A stretch of 13,003 bases of DNA from positions 1 to 13,003 of the forward strand of contig JBLFWS010000096.1 of the NCBI GenBank assembly GCA_047611865.1. The letters run 5' to 3'. This DNA is from Chlamydiales bacterium (GTDB lineage: Bacteria; Chlamydiota; Chlamydiia; Chlamydiales; JBDQID01). This document shows, in pieces, positions 1 to 7,352 of the stretch (positions are counted from its first letter, which is position 1; each line of letters begins with the position of its first letter). The translations under genes were made by a program, and so were the position numbers. The notes below the pieces were generated by a model. It was not told the origin of the DNA. It searched no databases and saw only the letters and a program-made list of their open reading frames with translations.

Positions 1-622
1 AACGTTCTGCTGCATTTCTTTCACAATCATTTTTTGTAGAACCATCTTCCTTCATGATAGGCTCAGGACATAAAGGAATGACTTCTTTATAGTCGGGGTG
101 AGCAATGACTGATCCGAGCATTTGATGATGAAAAGTAATAGAGTCATCCTTTTTATGATGCTTTTCACAGCAGTTGTTACAGTGCACTTTTTTAGAAGAA
201 AAGTAGCCAGTTCCATCGTTAAGCATTAAATATTTACCATCTAAAAAAGCGAACTTTTCCAGCTCTTTACCTCTTTGTAAAGCCGAAAAAATTGATGTGA
301 AAGCAGGACGAAGGTCCTTTGGATTTATTTCATCGAGCCTTTCTCTCATATAGGTATCACAGGGCACCTTCTCTAACCCAAAAAGATTTTTCAGGTTTAG
401 TTTAATGGGACCTTCAATTTTATTTTCTTCAAACTGAAGTAAGGAAGGGAATTTTAGTTTAAAAATAGCAAGAGCAGACATGAGGCAGTCTGAAATACTG
501 ATCTTTTTTTCCAGTCCTTGCCTTCCTCTTGGAGGTTCTTTTACTTTCTTGAAAATGTTTCGTGCTTTTCTAAGCAATCCTTTAGAGGAAAGATTTACTT
601 TCTCAATTAGTCTTGTAGCCAT
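1..622 (-). CDS. DDE transposase, ISNCY-like (N-terminal 207 aa; runs off the left edge)
   Basis: Not in the ORF track because it is open at the edge. Manual minus-strand translation from ATG 622 gives MATRLIEKVNLSSKGLLRKARNIF...DCLMSALAIFKLKFPSLLQFE...NLKNLFGLEKVPCDTYMRERLD...YLMLNDGTGYFSSKKVHCNNC...HQMLGSVIAHP...PLCPEPIMKEDGSTKNDCERNAAER. The DGTGYFSS..HCxxC and KNDCERNAA motifs are typical of this transposase type. Confidence 0.88.
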   Translation of the reverse strand, partial: MATRLIEKVNLSSKGLLRKARNIFKKVKEPPRGRQGLEKKISISDCLMSALAIFKLKFPSLLQFEENKIEGPIKLNLKNLFGLEKVPCDTYMRERLDEINPKDLRPAFTSIFSALQRGKELEKFAFLDGKYLMLNDGTGYFSSKKVHCNNCCEKHHKKDDSITFHHQMLGSVIAHPDYKEVIPLCPEPIMKEDGSTKNDCERNAAER

Positions 623-717
623 TTTTCTTCCAAACTTGAGAATTTACGAAAAGAAAATTCTACACGACTCACAAATATTTTATAATTAGATATTTAAAAT
701 TTCACCGGGAATTGCTG
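1..717 (-). mobile_element. Insertion sequence (ISNCY-like), left part; terminus at about 717
   Basis: On the minus strand CAGCAATTCCCG begins at 717, 95 bp upstream of the transposase ATG. This is where the GxxExxY protein similarity breaks off. The other end lies outside the window. Confidence 0.7.
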
Positions 718-888
718 AGTTTTATAAGGGATATTTCTTATGCCTAATTCTATAGACATGGCTTTTTCATAAATTTTTTCCAAATACCCTGGTCCTAGTT
801 CACGGTGAACTTCTATGGCTACTCCGATGATGCTTCTGATAAGAGTTTCTGTTTCGTCACTCAGTCGATTTTGCAAATGAAATGTCAT
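718..888 (-). pseudogene. GxxExxY protein (PD-(D/E)XK nuclease-like), 5' half interrupted by IS
   Basis: IIGVAIEVHRELGPGYLEKIYEKAMSIEL contains the GxxExxY signature. The frame runs into IS sequence after ...IPYKTQ and stops at 694, giving about half the usual family length. Confidence 0.85.
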
Positions 889-960
889 GCTTAGCCTGGA
901 TTTAAAAATTCTGAGGCGACAGGATCATTCCAAAAGGGATTTCTTACAAGACAAAAAACT

Positions 961-1005
961 CCTCTCCTCTCCTCTCCTCTCCTCTCCTCTCCTCTCCTCT
1001 CCTCT
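961..1005 (+). repeat. Perfect pentanucleotide tandem repeat (CCTCT)9, continuing as a pyrimidine-rich tract to about 1083
   Basis: Read directly: cctct x9 at 961-1005, then degenerate cctcttcccc units. Confidence 0.95.
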
Positions 1006-1089
1006 TCCTCCTCCTATCTTCCTTCGCTGCCTTCGCGTCCCTCTTCCCCCCCTCTTCCCCTCTTCCCCCTCTTACATTCCTTCGCGGCC

Positions 1090-1098
1090 TTATCCACA
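1090..1098 (+). promoter_or_regulatory. Single consensus DnaA box (TTATCCACA)
   Basis: Exact 9-mer match 23 bp upstream of the -35 box below. It is a single copy, so function is uncertain. Confidence 0.3.
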
Positions 1099-1121
1099 AA
1101 CCACTGACTCTTAATTATTTC

Positions 1122-1150
1122 TTGATAAAATATATACTTGTCAGTATAAT
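1122..1150 (+). promoter_or_regulatory. Sigma70-type promoter TTGATA-N17-TATAAT
   Basis: TTGATA at 1122-1127, a 17-bp spacer, then TATAAT at 1145-1150, about 50 bp upstream of the 1196/1205 start. Confidence 0.7.
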
Positions 1151-1195
1151 TGTAAGATTTTTGAAACAATATACGCCCAAACAGGCAAACACACG

Positions 1196-1978
1196 GTGAT
1201 TAAAATGGAAATAAAGGCAATCAACCTCATAATAATCGAACCTTCTTTCGAACCTTCTTTAGCTTTAGACCCCTCAAAAAAGGCCCCTAAAGAATCCCTC
1301 TCCCCCTCCCTCGCAGCTCAAAATCGCCGAGTCCGAATAGCTAATTCCCCTGCCCAGATCACCATCATTGAGATGGAAAGAGACGAAATCATTGAAAAGA
1401 AGAAATCCCCAGATGATTTCCGCGAGAGAGTCAAGAAAAACCCCGAAACACCTCTTATGCACCACACTGGTCCCTCTGAAAGTACAAACTCCAAACATAT
1501 CCAGTTCAACTCCATCGAAGCCACGATCTTCCACAATAAGTCCAAAGTCTTTGCTGACCAAAAAACCACTGAAAAATGGGGAAAACTACATGGGAACATG
1601 CAAAGCCTTCTCTGGAAACCACTGGAAAATCTAAGTGCCAGACAACGCGTAAACTTCTACAATAGCATTAAAGCTTGCATCAAGGATCATGATGATGACA
1701 TTGATGTCGCTTACAAAACCGTATTCCGCTATCAGGACAAAAAAGATATGCCTTCCAAAATGAAAGCATCCCAGGCCTGCAAAAGAATTATCTCCGCAGA
1801 AGAGGACGTAAAGCTCCTAGAGGGAAAAGCTAAAGAAGTAAAAAACACTTTCGGCCTCTTCGCAAAAGCCCTAAGAAAAATGGATAAGACCCTCAAGCGC
1901 AAGAATATCCAGACGCCTCCTCCCCTCCTGCCTATACATATTTTTTCTTTTTCAAGCGTCAGCACACCTGATTCCTGA
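1196..1978 (+). CDS. Hypothetical protein (about 257-260 aa; low-complexity Pro/Ser N-terminus, helical Lys-rich C-terminal half)
   Basis: Long ORF preceded by a good promoter. The start may be GTG 1196 or ATG 1205. No family motif recognised. Confidence 0.7.
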   Translation: MIKMEIKAINLIIIEPSFEPSLALDPSKKAPKESLSPSLAAQNRRVRIANSPAQITIIEMERDEIIEKKKSPDDFRERVKKNPETPLMHHTGPSESTNSKHIQFNSIEATIFHNKSKVFADQKTTEKWGKLHGNMQSLLWKPLENLSARQRVNFYNSIKACIKDHDDDIDVAYKTVFRYQDKKDMPSKMKASQACKRIISAEEDVKLLEGKAKEVKNTFGLFAKALRKMDKTLKRKNIQTPPPLLPIHIFSFSSVSTPDS

Positions 1979-2074
1979 TGGTAAAAAGAGCCTGAAATGC
2001 CTATTAGTTGAACTCTCGCAGTCGCCGTGACCACAGCCCCCCCCCGAATCTTCCCTCCCCAAAAAATCTATATA

Positions 2075-2083
2075 TGCTATAAT
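2075..2083 (+). promoter_or_regulatory. Extended -10 promoter (TGcTATAAT) for the 2118-4729 operon
   Basis: TGnTATAAT ends 34 bp upstream of ATG 2118, and a GAGG Shine-Dalgarno-like sequence lies at 2107-2110. Confidence 0.55.
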
Positions 2084-2117
2084 CACGCCAAATAACCCCC
2101 ATATACGAGGCTCACCC

Positions 2118-2951
2118 ATGTGCCGGTTTTCCGCTTTGCTAAGTAAAAGCCCTGTTCCCCTTCAGATTCTCCTTAACGACCCGACAAACTCCCTTGTCAG
2201 CCAGAGTTATTGCGCACAAGAGAGCACTTCCGGAATCAATGCCGATGGCTTTGGTCTAGGCTGGTACAACCACGAATTATCTCCAAACCCCGGGGTTTTC
2301 AAATCGATCCTTCCCGCCTGGAACGATGAAAACCTTTTAAGCCTCACTTCAAAGATCTCTTCTCACTGCTTTATCGGTCACGTCCGAGCTAGCACTGTTG
2401 GTAATGTCAACTACGCCAATTGCCACCCTTATTCCCATAATCACTTCCTCTTCGCTCACAACGGTACCATCGAAAACTTCGATGCCATCAAGAGACCTCT
2501 AATCCAAATGCTCCCTGATGAATTGCTGAAGAATATAAAAGGGCAAACAGACTCCGAATACTTCTTTGCCCTCATATGCAAATTCTTAGCAAAAGACAGC
2601 TCACTCAAAGAAGCAAAAGAAGCTATAAACCAAGCCATAGGCACCGTAAATTCTTTACAGCGTGAAAATAAGATCGAAGTATGCTCCCTCTTAAACCTGG
2701 TTTTTACAAATGGCCACTACCTTATCGCGACAAAATATTCTTCCAAAATTGATGACAAAGACCTCTCTCTCTACTACAGGGAAAATATCTGTCAAAGTAA
2801 TAATGCTAACGCAGAACTATGCTCCATAACAGTTTCCTCCGAAATGCTGGACGACGACGGCCCTGAAAACTGGATCGAAGTACCCTCAAACCACATGATC
2901 TGGGCAGATAATACAATGCTTGTACACTCAGAAGAGATTACTAAGGGGTGA
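2118..2951 (+). CDS. Class II glutamine amidotransferase / Ntn hydrolase, EgtC/Dug3-like
   Basis: N-terminal MCR (Cys2 nucleophile), NADGFGLGWY, PAWNDENL, HVRAST, NCHPY, FAHNG, GQTDSE and VSSE motifs. Confidence 0.92.
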   Translation: MCRFSALLSKSPVPLQILLNDPTNSLVSQSYCAQESTSGINADGFGLGWYNHELSPNPGVFKSILPAWNDENLLSLTSKISSHCFIGHVRASTVGNVNYANCHPYSHNHFLFAHNGTIENFDAIKRPLIQMLPDELLKNIKGQTDSEYFFALICKFLAKDSSLKEAKEAINQAIGTVNSLQRENKIEVCSLLNLVFTNGHYLIATKYSSKIDDKDLSLYYRENICQSNNANAELCSITVSSEMLDDDGPENWIEVPSNHMIWADNTMLVHSEEITKG

Positions 2952-2957
2952 CCATCT

Positions 2958-3824
2958 ATGGCAGATTTCGAGCAGCCTTTCACTCCTGTTTTTGATAGAG
3001 AGAGACTTAAACTTAATCCTGCTTCTGAAATGGATATTCAACCGATAGAGCTCGGAGACAACAAATATCCTGCCATCCTGGTAGATAACTTTTATCGAGA
3101 TCCAGACTACATCAGAGAGATTGCCTTAAACTCATACTATCGCCCTGACCCGCGTACAGCTTATCCAGGTACTGTTTCATCGATTTCATTGGGAGCTTAC
3201 GATATATGCGACTTCCTTTATCCGAAATTGGGCTTCGAATATGCCTACTCACAAAAAAGCTTCAGAGAAAGTTCTGGAAATTACTGGAAGTTTTCCCTCG
3301 TAGGTTCAGGAGTAAATGATCCAAAGCTACAGATCGAACACACGGACCCTAATTTATTACAGGGTCTGGTATTTCTCAATCCACCAGAGCTCTGTAAAGG
3401 GGGAACGGTATTTTTTAAGCACAAGGATTATGAAATAGAGGAAATCGTAAATAATGAAGAAGTATCATTCCTTGCTCTGAATAAATTAGGCTCCCTTACT
3501 CATGCTGGAGCAAACAAGACAGTGGATTCAAAAGCGTTGGATTATGCAATCGGAAAAGGAGTATTTTCCCAATATTTGAACTTACAAAAGGGAGGGATAT
3601 TGAATAGCTACTTTGACTTAATGAAAATAGTTACAATGGAATACGCTCCAACATTGGGTCATTGGGAAGAAACAAAAATCATTGAGATGAAATATAATCG
3701 ACTCATTTGCTTTCCTGGCTTTCTTGTCCATGCCTTGCGCTGCGAGTCCGCTTGGTTCGGTGACAGCTTGGAAAAGCGAAGACTTACCCAAAATTTCAAT
3801 TTTGGATGGCCACTTTTAACTTAG
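2958..3824 (+). CDS. DUF6445-like 2OG-Fe(II) oxygenase (intact HxD...H...R)
   Basis: LVDNFYRDPD, YPG, HTD (3339-3347), FLNPPE..KGGTVFFKH, YNRLICFPGFLVH and RLTQNF. Starts 6 bp after the previous stop. Confidence 0.8.
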   Translation: MADFEQPFTPVFDRERLKLNPASEMDIQPIELGDNKYPAILVDNFYRDPDYIREIALNSYYRPDPRTAYPGTVSSISLGAYDICDFLYPKLGFEYAYSQKSFRESSGNYWKFSLVGSGVNDPKLQIEHTDPNLLQGLVFLNPPELCKGGTVFFKHKDYEIEEIVNNEEVSFLALNKLGSLTHAGANKTVDSKALDYAIGKGVFSQYLNLQKGGILNSYFDLMKIVTMEYAPTLGHWEETKIIEMKYNRLICFPGFLVHALRCESAWFGDSLEKRRLTQNFNFGWPLLT

Positions 3825-3868
3825 GTCGTGTCACTTAACTAAAAAAACCAAAAAAGGAACCTCTCATT

Positions 3869-4729
3869 TTGTCTATCGATTGGAAAAAGCTAGAGATAAA
3901 CCCCAGTGATATGATGGAAATTCATCATGCTACTGTTGGGAAACAATCTTATCCTTTCCTTGTAGTAGATAATTTTTATCAAGATCCCGCATATCTGCGA
4001 AACCTTGCTCTCAGTCTCGACTATTGTAGGAATTATAGGGATCCTATTTGTAGCCTTCTGGCCTTGGGACCTCTTGGCAGCAAAAAGATTGCTCGAATAA
4101 GTACTGACCAATCCCCCCTCTGTAAGTTTTTACATGAACATTTGGCTCATCATTTTATTTCCAGCCTCGAACACATGACCGTTTCTTTGGATTCACTAAG
4201 CGTATTTTCCATGGTAATGAACGCTAAAGGAGAGGCCGATTATGATTTTAAATTTCCAAAAGGAGGAGACCTTTTTCTTAAAGGATCTATCTTCTTAAAC
4301 CCTCCAGAACAATGTAAAGGAGGAATAGGATTTTATCGCCATAAGGAAACAGGATTGGAAGAATATGTTCCCTTTTACTTATTGGGAAAACAAGCAACTG
4401 GAAAGTCCCTTGCTTACAAGGAAATAGTTACGGCCGTCAAAGATCTGGGCTTGTATGAGAATTTCCATGACTTACAGGAGAAAGGAATTCTTAAAAAATA
4501 CGAAGACTGCTGGAAAATTTTAACGGCATCTTGCCTGGGTGCCACAAAAAACATAGCTGGAGGCAATGATATCTGGGAGCTAATTCACTTTGTGGAAATG
4601 AAATACAACCGGCTTGTCCTTTTCCCAGGTTTCCTCTTGAATGTGGAGCATTATCAAGAAGAGTGGTTTCCCGAATCGCTGGAGTCGAGAAAAGTCATGC
4701 AAGAAATTATGATTCCCTGGCCGACATAA
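3869..4729 (+). CDS. DUF6445-like 2OG-Fe(II) oxygenase paralog with degenerate metal ligands
   Basis: Colinear with the previous gene (VVDNFYQDP, FLNPPEQCKGG, EMKYNRLVLFPGFL, WF..SLE.R, WP). HTD is replaced by KGG and the distal H by N. TTG start preceded by AAGGA. Confidence 0.78.
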   Translation: MSIDWKKLEINPSDMMEIHHATVGKQSYPFLVVDNFYQDPAYLRNLALSLDYCRNYRDPICSLLALGPLGSKKIARISTDQSPLCKFLHEHLAHHFISSLEHMTVSLDSLSVFSMVMNAKGEADYDFKFPKGGDLFLKGSIFLNPPEQCKGGIGFYRHKETGLEEYVPFYLLGKQATGKSLAYKEIVTAVKDLGLYENFHDLQEKGILKKYEDCWKILTASCLGATKNIAGGNDIWELIHFVEMKYNRLVLFPGFLLNVEHYQEEWFPESLESRKVMQEIMIPWPT

Positions 4730-4767
4730 TTGTGCTGACAAAGCAGCAAACGAAGCCTTACCCTTGT

Positions 4768-7248
4768 TTAAACACAAGTCCTTTTCCCCAATAGTCGTAA
4801 AATCTCAGATAGATTCCTGCAAGTGAACCTTACCTTTAACCACTGATGATACAGCATCAAACCACCTTTGGAAATATTCTCTTCACAAATTTCTAAGAGG
4901 CTTTCCCAGGCTGCTTCTGGCATATCCAAATGATTATGACTACGTACAGAATCTACTTGAAGAATGCCATATAAGTTGACAGTCTCCTTTGAAGTGCTTG
5001 AAGATATTTCTCCCTGAAAAGCTGGTAAAAGAGTAATGGGGTCTATGAAAAACAGCATCTTGCCTAAATCACCATCCCGAGTTTTCCAATCCAGTACTGC
5101 GTTCAAAAAAGTAAACTCTTCGACCTCTTGATCCCCGTATAATACTCGGTCTTCATCAATAGTAAACGTCTCAGTAGGGTTTATATCTGTACTAAGATGG
5201 ACAATAACATAAGTGCCATAGAAAGCTTCTGCGAAAGAGGGGGAACTGCTACCCCTGATTTTTCTCCCAGAAAACTCTAACGCTCCAACGGAACCCTTAC
5301 TAGGTGAAAAAGAAATGGAGTGCTTCCCCCACATCAATTTTCCATCCCTGTAACGATAGCGGTCAACAGCTTCATCATTAATAAAAAAACCACATTCTCT
5401 TTGCCCATCTTCCTGAATAAAAGGGGTGATCGTAATCTGAGGACCCTTTGACCAGGTTTTTGTGTCTTCGCTAATTTCGCTACTATACCGCCCTGTCCAC
5501 ATACTTAAAGGTATCCCGTTCGGAGGGGTCTCAATAGCCGTGAAAGGACTTTCATCCTCTTCCTCTTGCCCATCTTCCCAAATAACCCCCTTCATCTTTC
5601 GGAGATTTTGCCCATCTTCACTTCCTGGCATCTCAAACTCTAGCTTGCCATTGTGAGGGTTCCCCTCCGATGCAGACCAGGAAAGCACAGAATGATAAAA
5701 GCTTCCTTTCACAAGTCGTTTAGAGTTCACATAGACAAAGCTATTCTGTGAAAGAGAAGGATTCCCGAATACCACGACAACGACACTTTTTTCCTGACAG
5801 TAATATGTCCCTGTCCAGGGGAGTAGAGATGTACTAAGAACATTCTCCGCTGCCACTTCAAAACTCTCCCATCGAACTCTTATTTTATGGGATAAAGACC
5901 ATTCAGATAAGGAATCTTCTAAATGCCTATTTTCAATCCCTCTTTCCACGACTTCTCGAAACTCTCTTGAAAGATTTTGATCTACCAGGAGTTGGCTAAT
6001 AAGTTCTTCTGTGGGAGAGGTTTTACTTCTTTCCCCTCTGACAGCACCACTTATACGTCGTTCATCAAAGCTGAGAAGAATCGACCTGTCTTCTTCGCTG
6101 ATTCCGGGAAAGTTTTTTTCACTAAGGATTTCTTCAGAATCCTGAAGATATCTCCTTTGTAATTCTTCATCTTGACTTAAGTGAAAAAGAAATTCCCCAA
6201 TTTTTGTTTTTTCCTGGAAATGATAGTCAGCAGGTACGACATATTCTTGTAACTCACTAATTGCTTCGAGTTCCATCGGCCCATAATCAGCCAAACTTCT
6301 GATTGGACTTTCTTCTATAAGCGCTTGCCCCTCACTTGCACACCCGAAAAGCACAGCCATATCCATATCCAAAAATACCGCGTCCCTGGGTGGAACATGA
6401 AAAGTCGATATCCCTGTTATTTGACTCTGAATCTTAGAATCAAAAAGTTCACTGAGTTTATACTTCGTTATCACCGGAGGAAAACTTGGATACCTGGAAC
6501 CTATATAGTGGACAATTTCAAAATCCTTTCCATAATACTTCTGGAGGTATTCAACAAAAATATTAAAGTGCTTATTGACAAAACCCTTTCTACGATACCC
6601 CGTATCTCCTATAGCTCCCACTTGCCATAATATCAAATGCATGGTCGTGTCAGGTCGAGTTGCCCTCAAAAGCATATGCGTGGCTTCGTAGGACTGCATT
6701 CCCGGAAAAGCAGGATCTAGGCCAAGATCTGCACATAAGGTATCCAAAGCCGATACCCCGGCTTTCATAACAGCAGGGTACCCTTCACGCTTGGCTATTT
6801 CTATAGCCCGATGTGAAGGAACAACGAAAATTCCGGGATGTCCGTAAAAGACCGCTACAACGTTTTTACCCTCTCGAACATAATATAACATAGCTTCAGA
6901 CATTTGAGCATAGGTGCGATGTCGCGGCTTTCCATCCTCATATAAAACGTACAGATCATAAGCGTCAGGCCTAAGGCTACGAATCCACATTGTCGTCACA
7001 GAATCGGAAGCATAGAAGAATACCTTATCTGCTTTTTCAATCTTATTCACAGCCTCCAATGTAAAACCCATGCATTCTATACCTGTACCTACAATGCTTA
7101 GGGAGCCTCGGCTTTTTATTTTTTCTCCAAGTTCCGATTCGCTGTCAAGGGATGCTCTTTGTTCCACAATATTTTGTGCAAGGGATTCCCATGCATCCTT
7201 ACATTCCTCACTAGTGGGATAGCTCTCGCCTAGAGTCAAATTAATCAT
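4768..7248 (-). CDS. Borosin-family peptide alpha-N-methyltransferase fused to a clasp/BBD-like region and three C-terminal repeats (about 826 aa)
   Basis: GSLSIVGTGI, ADKVFF, DLYVLYEDGKPRHRTYAQMSE, VFYGHPGIFVVPSHRAI, GVSALDTLCADLGLDP, YEAT, HLILWQVGAIG, STFHVPP and YGPMELEAI..L...VP..Y all parallel the OphMA methyltransferase and clasp. ATG 7248 is preferred over TTG 7308. Confidence 0.9.
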   Translation of the reverse strand: MINLTLGESYPTSEECKDAWESLAQNIVEQRASLDSESELGEKIKSRGSLSIVGTGIECMGFTLEAVNKIEKADKVFFYASDSVTTMWIRSLRPDAYDLYVLYEDGKPRHRTYAQMSEAMLYYVREGKNVVAVFYGHPGIFVVPSHRAIEIAKREGYPAVMKAGVSALDTLCADLGLDPAFPGMQSYEATHMLLRATRPDTTMHLILWQVGAIGDTGYRRKGFVNKHFNIFVEYLQKYYGKDFEIVHYIGSRYPSFPPVITKYKLSELFDSKIQSQITGISTFHVPPRDAVFLDMDMAVLFGCASEGQALIEESPIRSLADYGPMELEAISELQEYVVPADYHFQEKTKIGEFLFHLSQDEELQRRYLQDSEEILSEKNFPGISEEDRSILLSFDERRISGAVRGERSKTSPTEELISQLLVDQNLSREFREVVERGIENRHLEDSLSEWSLSHKIRVRWESFEVAAENVLSTSLLPWTGTYYCQEKSVVVVVFGNPSLSQNSFVYVNSKRLVKGSFYHSVLSWSASEGNPHNGKLEFEMPGSEDGQNLRKMKGVIWEDGQEEEDESPFTAIETPPNGIPLSMWTGRYSSEISEDTKTWSKGPQITITPFIQEDGQRECGFFINDEAVDRYRYRDGKLMWGKHSISFSPSKGSVGALEFSGRKIRGSSSPSFAEAFYGTYVIVHLSTDINPTETFTIDEDRVLYGDQEVEEFTFLNAVLDWKTRDGDLGKMLFFIDPITLLPAFQGEISSSTSKETVNLYGILQVDSVRSHNHLDMPEAAWESLLEICEENISKGGLMLYHQWLKVRFTCRNLSEILRLLGKRTCV

Positions 7249-7352
7249 GCCTGCACTTTCGTTACTGAGTACTAAGGTAAAGTTCGATGGACAAACTGCC
7301 ACCCACAAAGTTAAATATTTTTATAGGTCATTTGATTTTTCTGGGAAAGAAA

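Noticed and set aside
480..689. 69-aa plus-strand ORF
   Set aside because: Antisense shadow of the transposase 5' region.
961..1083. CRISPR array
   Set aside because: Simple tandem repeat without spacers, and no cas genes in the window.
887..1114. 75-aa ORF with LLSSP repeats as a possible borosin precursor
   Set aside because: The repeats are simply the translation of the CCTCT tract. It has no BBD-like leader or ribosome-binding site and overlaps the GxxExxY start.
1274..2983. Several short alternative-frame or antisense ORFs (1274, 1318, 1368, 1732, 2456, 2792)
   Set aside because: They overlap longer, better supported genes and show no motifs.
4733..4748. Hairpin TGCTG-acaaag-CAGCA between convergent genes as a terminator
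   Set aside because: Only a 5-bp stem with no convincing U-tract.
5764..5787. SVVVVVFG as an omphalotin-like core peptide
   Set aside because: It lies inside repeat 1 at the position of a predicted beta-strand (equivalent to QITITP and TFTID in the other repeats), so it is more likely structural. It is still worth covering in MS mapping.
7249..7308. Extended TTG start of the borosin gene (and similarly the 8729 start for ugd and the 8688 start for the GT-like gene)
   Set aside because: Downstream ATGs (7248, 8687, 8784) fit family N-termini or avoid head-to-head overlap better.
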